Source of the DNA: Pelomyxa schiedti
Lineage: Eukaryota; Protista; Evosea
NCBI GenBank assembly: GCA_020536535.1
Contig: JAHLWZ010000231.1
Span: 62,001-126,000, forward strand
DNA: 64,000 bases
Reading direction: 5' to 3'
The notes under the pieces were generated by a model. The model ran no database searches. It was given only the letters and a program-made list of their open reading frames with translations, and was not told the DNA's origin. How positions within the stretch are numbered: the first letter of the stretch is position 1; every line of letters begins with the position of its first letter. Shown here in pieces: positions 1 through 11,911 of this stretch. Made by a program: the position numbers and the translations under genes.

Positions 1-3000
1 CTTCGAGAGGTTATTTTTGGCTTGCCTTGCTGGGCCTAAGGGTGGTTTGGTAAAAATCTCTTGTAGTTGTGCAAGTCCTATTCCTATCTCCAGTCCTTTG
101 GTGGTGGTACCTTGTGAAGATGAACAATGAAAAAAGGGAATGTGGGATAGTACAAAGCTCTGGGTTGGACAGGAGCTTGTTGAATAGGAGTGCATTCATC
201 CAGTAGGTAAGTTGTGAGAAGAATTGCACACAGAGGTCGCTTGGCACTTTATTTTCGTTCAAAACACGGAGAGCTTCATTCAGTATTGAATGGATGTCAG
301 ATATTGTGCCACGGCGGGCTCTTGGTTTGCGTAAGAACGTAAGATTTTTTTGGAGGCTAGGCTTCACCTGTGACTGACCATTGGCTGTGCTCCTGGTTTA
401 CTGGGGACCATATTTTGTTCAAAAATGGCGTTAAAGAGAATTGGCTCAATAGCCTGAAAAAGGGTGAGCAAATTTCGACATCTGGCGGAAAATGTTTTAC
501 CTTTTTGTACTTTAACACGAAAGTGGTGTATGCACAGTACAATGTTTCTCTTAATTTGTGGCAGAAGGTTTGCATTTCATCCCCCAAGCTTGGAGTTGAG
601 GAAGGGGGTACAACAAAGACTTTTTCTTGTTTGCTTAACCTGTTTCCGGTTTAGCTTTGAAGAATTACGATCCTTCTTACACGACAGGAGAGATAGCATT
701 ACGTTCGTTGTAAACTAGCTGGATAAATGACCAACATATATTAAGATTGTAGGCCCCCATCAAAGGCAAGTCGGAATAATTCTGCATCAGCATTTTAGTG
801 GAACCAGTGAGTAACTGAAGGACTTAGGTAAAACCTTTCCCAAAGCACTCAAAGCCTCTATTATGCTGGTGTGTAAAATTGCATCTGTATTGTTGAAGCA
901 ATCCCACTTTTTCATGACATTAATTAGAATGTTACAAGGACGAGGCATATTTCCAGAATCAAAAACAGGGGAATCTAGATGATACAACGCTTGCTTAACA
1001 ATATTAGCCACCTCCAACTGATGAGACAAAGTTTGAAGTTTCTACAGCGAATTAATGGAAGAAATGTAATCAGAAAAAACACCTCCTGGAACTTAGTTTC
1101 CAGCTCTGCTCGTTCTAAAGCTATCTGTGTTTCCAGTTTTTGCCGTAGAGGCTCGCATTGTAAATGTTGTTCGCAAAGCTCAGTTAACCTAGGTAAGTCG
1201 GCTATTTGAAGCATCATCTGATTTCTTTCTTCAGCCATGGAATGACATTCAGACTGGGTTTTCTGCTCTCTCTCCTGGAGCGCCTGCGCTTCAGTTCTAG
1301 CTTGTTCGCATTCTAGTTGAAGTTTCGCAAGTGCAGCGCTGCATTCCGTAATCTCACTCTCAAGCTCAACAATTTTCGCCTTCAAAATGTCAGAATCGCC
1401 CTTGCTTGCCTCAATACTCTTGAGAGATAGCTGAGACTCATCTTCGAGTTGGAAGACTTTTCTCTTGCTTTCCTTGGGTTTCCCTTAGAAAATTAATATT
1501 TAATCGAGGTATAAACCTCTAATTGTACAACTAGCTGCTTATTCTCATCAGATACATTTTGCATTTGCATTGACGAGTCGACCTCCAGTTGGTGCTTTTC
1601 CGAACTCAGCTGCAGTAAGTCAGACTGAAGTTGCTTGTGTTTTAATGAGTAATCTTGAAGCTGTGCCTCACAGTCTTCAAGCTTCCTTGCTAGTTGAGAA
1701 TTTTGTTCACTTAGGGCCTGCATTGGGGCAGCTTGCCCCGAGGTGGCTTGCTTGATTTGAAGTAACTCCTTGGAAAGAGTACCAAATTCTTTTCTACTAG
1801 TCTCAAGAGCATCGTTGAGATCCAGCTTCTCTCTTTGCAGAGCCTCCACTTGAGCCTGGAGGTCCCCAACTTGTGACTGAAGGTGTGCTGTACGTTGCTC
1901 CAATTGTTTGAGCTGAAAAACTTCCTCCTCTTTTTCTCTTAGTTTATCTGTCAGATCTTTCATTTGGGTGTCAATGTCCTGCAGTTGGGACGTTCTGTTG
2001 GCAAGATCTGCTTTCAATTGTTCACATTCTGAGGCTTTCGCAGTTTGTTCTTCTTTGAGTGAGCTCCAATTAAGTTCAGTGCTTGTTAACTCTTTTCTGA
2101 GTGCCTCGATCTGGAAGTCTTTCTTATCTACCTCCTTGGTAAGGTCTGTAAGTTTTGCTGTCTTATCCTCCACATCTCTTCTAAGTTCCACTAGGGTGGA
2201 GGTGTGTGCTGCCACCTCAGAATTAAGAGAATTTATCTGCTCTTTGCAATTTCTCAACTCATTGGAGTCCTGTTCCAGCTTGTTCTCCGTTGAGGCAAGG
2301 CTCTCCTGCAAAGAAAGAATAGTCTTGCTCTGAGTGCCTATTTCCAATTTTGCTTGCTTGTAATCTGAGGACTGTTTAGCAATTTGATCCTTGAGAGCTT
2401 CCACTTGCATTGTGCTCTCGTGAAGTTGTGTGTCCAATTCTGAAATTTTATTCTTTTTACTGTCTAGTAATGCCATGATATCTTTCACTTCGGTGGATTT
2501 ATTTTCTCTCAGAGCCTCTCTCTCAATTGAAATTTGTTGCAGGGCTTCCTTGAGCCGAGTGATTTCAGACAGTTGGGTTTCATGATCAAGATTAAACTGC
2601 TGCTGCTCAGATTGAAGTTTTTCTTGTAATCCACAAAGCAAAGTGTTCTTTTCTTCCAATCCCACACGAAGTTTATCGTTGTTAGCCAGATGTTCTTGTA
2701 TAGACGATTCCTGTCGTGCTGTAACTGCCTTCAGGTGGTCAGTAAGCTCCATTGCAGAATTGTACTTTTGCGTCAGCTCGATCTCTTTGAGATTAGATGC
2801 GTTGGTCAAAGCTTGGTTTTCTTCCTTGGCCAATTTCAGTTGTTCCAAAATAGAAGCTGCTTCCTAAAGGAAAAGCTCAATACAAAAAGAAAAGTAAAAT
2901 TAATGAGTACCTGTTGACTTTCTTTGCAAAGAGTATCAACATTGTGAGCGGTGAGCCTCTCCTTTTCTAACTCCACTTCCAGTATATGGTACTTCTCCGA

Positions 3001-6000
3001 CAGTAGTTTTATGGATTCATTTGTCTGTGACAAAGAATTGCAACTCTCATGGAGCTTAGATTCATATTCTTTGGTTAGCTGTGCAACTATTTGAGTGTTC
3101 TCCTGCTGCATTTTTTCAATCTCGTTTTGATGTTGCTCCTGAGTGGCCTTATATTCCAACTGATATTTGCTGAGAGCGGCATCCAGTTTCACATATTTTG
3201 CTTCACTCAAACTGAGTGCTACATCCACTTCTTGCCTTTCTCGCTTTAATGATTCCAGTTCCTCATGTTTTTTGGAAAGATTGTCTTGTAGAGTAGCACA
3301 TTCCCTCTTGATAGCTTCAATGTCTTGGGAGAGTGACTTCACTTGACTTTCCAATGTCTGAATAACTCCATCTCTTTGCTCTAAGTGGGCTTTCAAAGAT
3401 TTTTTCTTTTCCTTTTCTTCCTCGATCTCCTTTGCAAGTGAAAACGTCGTGTAAGGAAAAACTCGCAAAAAAAAAAAAGAAAGAATGAAAGAGGTCATAC
3501 TGTCTGAAATTTTTCCAGGCTTCTAGCATGTCTGGTTATTTGGTTGCTTAAAGTATCAACGCTTTCCTTGGACAATTTCAAGTCCCGTTCCAGTGTACTC
3601 TTAACGGCATTAAGTTGTTGGAGATCATTTCTTAAACCTTGATTGGATTGAGAAAGTATTTCATGTGACTGTTTGAGTAATGCTAATTCGCTTTCAAGAT
3701 CCTCTTTTTTTCTGGTTGCTTCCGTCAGCATAGCACTCTCATGAGAGAGGTTCACTAAGATTTGTTCATGGTTTGATTGTAGGTCCTTAAAGGCCTCCTT
3801 AACAGGTAACAATGAGTCGACAAGTTGCTGAAGCTCACTGCATTTCTCCTTGGTGGCTCTAGTGTCGTTGGTGGCAATGTCAATGGAAAGCTTCAGAGTG
3901 GATATTTGGCTTTGCATATCGTCCTTATCTTTCTTCAGAGATGCTTGCTCCTGTTCATATGTCTCTTTCAAAAGACTTGTTTGTTTTGTGAATTGGTCGT
4001 GATCGCTTCTCAACTGAAGTAAATTTGCTGTCAACCTCTCGTTCTCAGTACAGAAGTTGTTATTTTTTCGGGATAAATCTTCAAGCTGTGATGTTAGTTT
4101 CTCGTTTTCTTGTGTGGTACGGGACAGTTGCTCAAGTAGTTCCCTCTCAGCAGTGGTACCGGCATTCTTCATGGCCTCCTTTTCACATGCAAATTGTGCA
4201 CGTATTTTTTCGATTTGAGTGTTCTTCTGTGAAACTAAGGTTTCAACTTCTTTCAGTTTTGCTTCCAGAGACCCGCACTCGTCTCTGGATTGCAAGAGGT
4301 GCTGCTGCAATTCCTTGGTATCAGTTTTGGATGAGTCCAGTTCCTTCTGCAACCCGGCTATGCTTTGCTGTAATTGTAGATTACCCTCTAAATATTTCTT
4401 CGCTTTTTTTTCTTCATCAGCGACTCTTGAGGTAAGGCCTGCAACTTCGGCAGAAAGTTTGGAGATAACACAGGAGCCTTCCAAAATTTTGTTGTTCAGC
4501 TCAGAAATGGAATTTTTGTGACGTTCTATTTGTTCTTGACTTGCTTTTGTTTGTTCACGTTCGCTTTCTAGTTCGGAAATGGCCGCTTCCCGTTTGATGG
4601 TTTCCTCACTCTGTGATTGAAGTAGAACTTTTTTTTCTTCTTCAAATGTTCTCCTCATTGCATCAGCCTCGGTATTCAGCTGCTTGATGGAAGTTTCTTG
4701 GCTTAGATATTTCACTTGCAATTCTTCCACAATGGTTTTGAACTTTCCAATTTCTTCTTGCAAGATTGTATTTGCCTCTTTAGACTCGTCCAAGTCGTGT
4801 CTGATTTGTTTCACTTTGTTTTTTACCTTGCACTTCTTAGTTTCTATTTCGGAAATTTGCTTTTGCAAAGCAGAGTGCTGTAAATCTCTCTCAGAGCATG
4901 TGCTTTCTAATAAATCGATAGTGCTTCTTCCTCTTTCCACAGTTGCTTCCAGGTCTTGAACTTGTTTTAGCCATTTAGACTCGTTGGAGTTCAGCTGCTG
5001 TTCAAGTTGAGCCTTTTCTGCTCCAAACCGTACTGTCACTGATATTACCTCTTGCTGAAGCCGTGAAACTGTCTCCTCCGACAATTTCCATTTAGATTCA
5101 AAGTCTCGAGCCTGGGTAATACTTTGCTCCAAATTTATCTGACAGGCTTGAGATTTCTGTTCAATTGTGTGCAAGTTCGTCTCAAAGGCAGAACACTTTT
5201 CTTTGAGGAGTGAAATTTCTTTCTCAGTCTCCTGCTTTCGTGTGTTGATTTCCTCCTCGAGAGCGGTAATCTTCTGCTTTTGAAGTCCCAGTTCCTGTGT
5301 GAGAGTGGTACTTTTGGCACGTTCCTGGTCAAGCTCGTTTATCAGTGAATTTTTGACATCCTTCAGTTCTTCTTGTAGTGTTAGGTATTCCTGCTTGGCT
5401 GAAGAAAGTTCTGCCAGCTTGGAAGAAGCATCCTTGCTGAGGAGAGAAACCTTGTTTTCTAGCTCTTTGCAATACGTTTGTTGTTGATCGCACTTAGCCT
5501 CTGAATTTCCGAGTAGTTGTCTTGCATGTGAAAGTTCTTCGTCAATTGTTTTATTTTGTTGCTGTAGTAATGTGACATCTGCTGTAAGAGCATTAATCGT
5601 TACTGTGCTATTTTGGACTTTATTTTCAAGTCCCTCAACTTGTTCCTGTTTACTGGACAGATCCCGTTCCAATGCCGTTATTTTTAAACCCAACTCATCC
5701 TTCAGTGCTCCAATTTTGAGTTTCTTTTTGTTGACTTTGGCCTCAAGTTGAGTCAGTTTTTGGTTGCCGATGTCACATTGATGCTTCCATTCCTCTAGTT
5801 CAACAGTTTTAGAGGTAACTTGAGCTTGCATATCTGTAAGCTGCAATTTAAGATTTTTCAACTCCTCTGCTTGGGTTTCTTGGTCATGGTGGAGGCTATT
5901 GATCAGCTCTTGGTCTTTTTTCTTTTCTCCTACATATTTCTCTTCCAGTCTACTCTTACTTGCAACTTCAGCCTCAAGTTTTTCCACTAGTGAGGTTAAA

Positions 6001-9000
6001 TCTTGGACAGTGGACTTGAGACCCACACAGACTTTCGTTGATTCATCCAGGTCACTTTGAACCTGCTGGGTTTTTTCACTTGCTAGAGCTAGTTGTGTGA
6101 GGTACTCTTTGTTCTGCTGGGTGATCCTGGATACATCTAGTTTGTAAGTTTCGATCTCCTGTTTTTGTGTTTCCAAAAGTTGCAGGTGTTCAGATAGTTC
6201 TCCCTGTTGGTGTTTGGAGAGCTCTTCCGTCTGACACAGTTTTTCTTGTAAAAAGCGCATTTCAGATTTACTTTGCTCAAGTATAGAGGCATGTTGTTCC
6301 GCTACCCTGGCATTATTACGTTGGAGTTCCGCAATTTCTGCTTGGTATCGCCGTGTCTCTGTATCAAGTCTTATGATATCTTCTTGCTGTGTGGCTGTCA
6401 CTTCTCTTTGATGCATAAGTTCGAGCTCCAGTTGTGTGGTCTGGGTAACTTTATGATCCACTTGTTGCTCAAGAGAAATTATTGTTTCCTGCCTTTGTTG
6501 TACGTCATTGGACAGGGATTTGCTCAGTTGCTTGCACGTTTCCAGCTCTGTCTCCAGTTGAGAAATACGGGCATTCTTATGTTCAATATTGTTGTGTGAG
6601 GTCAGGTCGAGCTGACTCAACTCAGACTGTGATGTACGTAGAGAATCTTGTAAGAGGAGTAATTCTTGCTCAAGTTGCAGGACTCTGGTTTGGCCTGTCT
6701 GAATCTGTGTTTGAAGGTTGGTTCTATCTGCTTCAATTTGCTTTTCAAGGTCAGAGATAATTTTTTTTTGGCTTTCATTTTCGCTAATAAGGGTCCCATT
6801 TTCGTGCTTCTGTGCCTCGAGATTGTTTCTTATCTAGGATGTCTCAGGGGTAAAAAGTTTCTAGGGAGCCTTACCTGAATAAGTTGGGTATTCAGAGATT
6901 CATTCTCCTGCTTTTGTTGGTCCATATCACTTGAGAGAGAGTTGGCAGTTTGCAAGCGGTTTGCTATTTCATCATGCAATAACTTGTTTTGGTTATTGCT
7001 GACAAGTAGCTGATCTTCCAGGGATTGCACATTCTGATGTAGTGTGTGGGCCTGCACCTCAAGATCTTTGTACTTCGCTTCCATCTGTGCCACAGTTTGA
7101 TGCAATTCACCAACCTCCTCAAGGTACTTGTTGTTAAGTTGTTCTAGAGAGGCTTTAAGCTCCTGGTTCAGTTCGTTCATTTGAATGTTATTTTTTTCAA
7201 GCTCAGATACTGTAGTAACCTTACTTTGCAGGTTTTCTGTGAGCTGTGTAATACTTCTTTCTTTTTTATCCACTTCCATCTGAAGTTCTTGGTTGCTTTG
7301 CTTGGATTTCATATACTCAGCATCAAGTTCAGTTATTTGGTTTTTCAGTTTCTCACATTCCAATAAAAGTTGTCCATTCTGTACTTTCTCACTGTTAAGT
7401 GTTTCTTCGAGTGTTATTTGTTTCTGCTGCTCACTTGCGAGCTTCTCAGTCAATTCCAGCTGTTGTAATCTACTGTTTTGGAGTTCTGCCTCCAACTTTA
7501 GGATTTCGGCCTTGAGTACCACTTCCTGCTGCTCAAGTGCTTTCTGCTTTTCTGTATTCAGTGCCACAGTCAGCTGCTCAAGTGCGCTCTGCTTCTCTGT
7601 GTTGAGTATGATTGCTTGCTGTTTCAGGGAACTTTGCATTTCCTCCTCAAGTGTGCATCTTTGCTGCTGTAGTTCACTTTGTTTTTCTGCATTCAGTGAA
7701 ATGATTTGTTTTTCAAGTGCATTTTGTCTGTCCGTGTTCAGTGCAATCTCATGGTCTTCAAGTGCTTTCTGCTTTTCTTTCCTGAGTGCTATCTCAAGTT
7801 CCTCAAGCGCCTCCTGCTTCTCCTTCCTGAGTGTGGTCTCTTGTTCTTCAAGAGCCTTCTCCTGTTCTTTCCTAAGTGCAGCCTCTTGTTGCTCTAGGTC
7901 CTTCAGCTTTTCAGTTTTGAGCTCAGCAGCTTGTTTCTCAAGTGCATTTCGCTTTTCTGTGTCCAGTTCAACTGCCTGTTTTTCAAGTGATTTCTCTTTT
8001 TCTGTGCCAAGTACAACTGCCTGGTTTTCAAGTGCTTGTTGCTTCTCAGTGTTTAGTGTGACTGCTTGTTGTTCAAGTGCTTTTTCTTTTTCACCTTCAA
8101 GTGCAATCTTTTGTTGTTCCAGCGCATTATGCCGCTCAGAATCAAACGCAACAGCTTGTTGCTCAAGTGCCTGCTTCTTTTCCATGTTCAGTGCAGCTTC
8201 TTGCCGCTGCAGTGCACTTTGCTTTTCATCATTTAGTACCAATTTCTGTTCCTCCAGTGCAGCTTGTTTTTCCTTGTTCAATGCTGCCTTTTGATCTTCC
8301 AGTGCAGTTTGCTTTTCTGCATCCAGGATTGCCTTCTGTCTTTCCAGCGCAATTTGCATTTCTGTGCTCAGTGCTACCTTTTGTTGTTCCAGGGAAAGCA
8401 ACTTCTCTGCACTCAGTGCAGCTTTTTTCTCTTCTAGTGCGTTCTGAGTTTCAGTGCCAAGTGCCATCTTTTGTTGCTCAAGGGCGTTCTGCTTATCAGC
8501 GTTGAATGCAGCTTCTTGTTGTGCTAAAGCATTCTTCCCTTCAGTGTTGAGAGCAATTTCCTGTTGCTTGAGTGCGTTCTGCTTTTCAGTATACAATGCA
8601 CTTGCCTGTTGTTCAAGTGCATTCTGCTTCTCTGAGAGGAGGGTAGCCTCTTGTTGCTTGAGTGCGCTCTGCTTTTCAGCCTCAAGCAAAGCTGCCTGTT
8701 GCTCGAGTGCAGTTTGCTTTTCTGCACTGAGGGAAGTTTCTTGCTGCTTCAGTGCACTATGTTTGACTCCGTCAAGCAAAGTTGCCTGTTGCTCTAACGC
8801 ACTTTGATGTTCCGCCTTGAATGATGCTGCTTGTTGCTCGAGCGCACTTTGCTTCTCTGATCTGAGTGCAGTTTCTTGTTGTTGAAGTGCACTTTGCTTT
8901 TCAGTGTTGAGTGCAATTGCCTGCTGCTCAAGGGCATTTTCCATGTTGTTCTTTAAGTCAATAAGCTTTGCTGACCAGCTCTGTCTTTCAGTCTCAAGCT

Positions 9001-11635
9001 TCACTTTGGACTCTTCATCCTTTTCTTGCAAATGAAGACGAAGATTAGCCAGTTCTTGCTCATAAGCTGATTCTCGTTTCTCGTGTTCAAGATGCCTTTC
9101 CTTTTCCACCTTTGCAGCTTCTTCTTCAAGCACGCTCTTTAGGGTGTCTCTTTCCTTTTCTGCCTCCAGCCGTAGCTGCGCAGTAATGGTTATGATTGAT
9201 TGTTCCTGCTCCTGTTGGAGTTGCTGCTTTTGCAGGCGCAGTGCACTCTCCATATCCTGTTTGGCCTCTGCCAGTTTGTTGGAGTTGCCCTTCTTCTCTA
9301 CTTCAAGCTGGATTTCCATAGCCTGCTGAACCTCTGCAAGCCTGTCTGAACTGTTTTGTTTCTCTGCCTCAAGTGTTTTAGCTTGCTGTTCCAGTGTGCT
9401 TTCCATGACCTCTAGTTTCTTTTGGATGAGATCTCTTTGGCCTTCAGTCTCTTTTAGCTTGGTGGAACATACTTCTAGCTCAAATTTGGAAGTTGAGATA
9501 CTTTGCTTGCATTCAGTCAAGTCTGTTGTGAGTGCTTGGTTCTGATTTTTGTATTGTGAGAGTTCTGTTTCCAAGCAGGTAATTGAATGGCGCAGTTCAG
9601 GGAGAAGAGCCTCCTGGCTCTTGAGGGTTTCAACAATTTTACTCAGCTCTGCCTTGGCCTGGAGATGAACCTGTGATTAGGACGGAAGGCAAACTTATTT
9701 TATTGTGGACCTGGGTCTCTGCAGCAAGTTTCTCAGAAGCTTCTTCAGCAGCCTTGCGAGCTAAAGTGAGCTCCTGAGAAGTTGCCTCCAACTGATCCTT
9801 TAATGTTTCGTGGGTCAAACGGAGTTGCTGGTATTGCCCGTCAGTTTTTTCTACGGACTCCATAAGGTGAGCTTTTGAGGAAACCAGTTCCTGCATCTCA
9901 TTTTGTGTTATGCGCAGAGCCTCTTCACTGAGACGAACTGTAAAAACCAGTTTTAGAGCAACCAAGTTCGGCTCTGATTTATACCTTTCCTTTTTTCATC
10001 CTCCAGTTGTTTTTGAAGCTCACTGACCATATCTCGTTTACCTTTTTCACACTCGGCTAGCACTGTTGCATTTCCATCTATTTGAGTTCTAAGTTCATCA
10101 CGACTTTTTTCCACAGACTGTAGTGACTTGGTCACCCCAGCCAATGAAGAAATAGCTCTCTCATGCTGTTGTTCAAGTTCATGTTTTTCTGATTGTATAA
10201 CTTCAAGCTTTTCTTCCAAAGTGTGTATTTTCGCTGAAAGATCAGACTCTTTCTTATGCTGCTTTGAGTATTAGGAGGGGGCATAAAAACTATGTGAAAT
10301 ACAGATTTCTCCAGTATTTTTTCTCTCTTCTCTTTTTGTTTTGCTTCAGACTCTCGGTATGTCTCTTAAAAAAGAATTAAAACTGTAGTTTCACCTTTAC
10401 TGGCATTGGGGCACACCAGAAACAGTCTTATAGTCTACCAATAGTTTTTCCTTCTCAGCTGTGAGTTCTGAAATCTTTTGGTGAAGCTCCTCAAGTTCTT
10501 TTGCTGGCACCTCACTGGCACTACCAAAGTTGACTTCATTGTTCAAATGTAAAAGTGAATGTTGACAAAGTGCTTTTTTAATATATACCTTAAAGCAGTT
10601 TGCAACTCGGCTGCTTTTTTCTTATATTTTGCAGAACTGTGCTTCTTTTCTTCAAGTTCTTCTTTCAGTTCTTCACGCTCCTTGGTTAAATCAATAACTT
10701 GTTGTCTAAGTTGCATCATCATTTCGACATCTATTAGACATGTAAACTGGCTGTGGGGTGATAATGGGAATACCTTGAGGTGAAGATACCACAGGTGCAG
10801 GTGATGGTGGTGTGGGAGCTGGTGGTGTTGTTGTGGTGGTTGTGGCTGTAATTGCACCTTCATTCTCAAAATTTATTTTATCATTGTCTTCATCATCATC
10901 CTGTAGGTTTGTTTTAGAACACAGGGTGAGATTTCATCAATTTTAAGAGGTGAACAACATCTGCTTCTGATTTGAGAATTTCTGTCTCATCCTCCCTATG
11001 AGGATTAATTTGCGAAAGACTGAGATGGAGATGGTTTGTTACCCAGTGGAGGCACCCATGTTCTCGGAAGAAAATTTCACCTGGTGAAAAGGAATTAGCA
11101 CAGATGTGCCTGTAAAATGTGTCTCACCACAAGACTTATGGTAGACTTGGAAGCTTTGGAAGACTTTTCCTTTCCTTTCTTCTGTGTTAAAAGGAGTGTT
11201 GCAGCTTTGGTCGAGCCGCCGAGGTCAGCATAGTCACTCAGGTTGACAGTTGCCTTGCCCAGGGTGTGTTTCTTTTTTCCTCCTCTATCTTCAATACAAA
11301 AAATGATGTTCTTGTCATCCTAGGCACCAAAATAAGCTGAAATACAGCTGAGAGAGCAAAAGCAATACAAAATCAGGAAGCAAAAAAAAAGCACAAGTCA
11401 TGGCACATACATAAGCAGGACCATCCTTGAAAAGCGTGCAAACGATGCTGATAGCTTCATTCCACTCACAAACACCGTGGGCCACAGGACGAGGGGTCGT
11501 AGTGCCCTGGTTCTCCTTTTTCGAGCCTCTTTTCCACGTCACTGCGGCAGATGACGTAGATCCGGGCAGCCCAGTGCCCACAACGAACGTGATTCTGTAC
11601 CGCTGTTTGACACCTGTCCCGCCTCGCCTAAACAT
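1..11635 (-). CDS. Giant NT-type C2 domain + long coiled-coil + C-terminal Dilute (DIL, myosin-V-tail-like) protein; multi-exon, 3' end outside the window
   Basis: ATG at 11635. The N-terminus (VTWKRGSKKENQGTT..CEWNEAISIVCTLFKD..LGKATVNLSDYA) fits the EEIG1/EHBP1 NT-C2 pattern. Large E/K/Q/L coiled-coil exons at 6830-9574, 3495-6620 and 1493-2848 lie in tandem with short gaps consistent with introns. The C-terminal LCVQFFSQLTYWMNALLFNKLLSNPELCT..KGLEIGIGLAQLQE fits a DIL domain. Confidence 0.85.
7496..8935 (-). repeat. 32 tandem 45-bp / 15-aa coding repeats (consensus ALEQQxxxLxxEKQx)
   Basis: Counted directly from ALEQQAIALNTEKQS to ALEQQEVVLKAEILK. 32 x 45 = 1440 bp, which matches the span exactly with no indels. 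Confidence 0.95.
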
Positions 11636-11911
11636 CCCGCCGGATCTGCGACCTCACCCGTTGCCAACGAGGTCGTGTTTTCTTTGCTGAAGTGATTTTT
11701 GAACTCTTTCGTTTCGCCTTCCTTGTTTCATGAAATTGCACGCCGGCGATCTGCTATCGAAGTGCAATTCTGATGGAACACCCAAAAACAGAACCCGAAG
11801 AAACTCGGCACAACTCTGACCTGGTCTGCCCAGAGATGGTGCCCTTTTATTTCGGGCTCAAAGGATAAAAATCATAACAACATTTCGACATTTGGTGGGC
11901 TTGAGGCCGCA

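Noticed and set aside
7293-8807. Long plus-strand Cys/Ser/Phe-rich ORFs and a CRISPR-like 45-bp periodicity
   Set aside because: Antisense shadow of the coding 15-aa repeat. The units are degenerate at codon level, with no constant repeat plus unique spacer structure.
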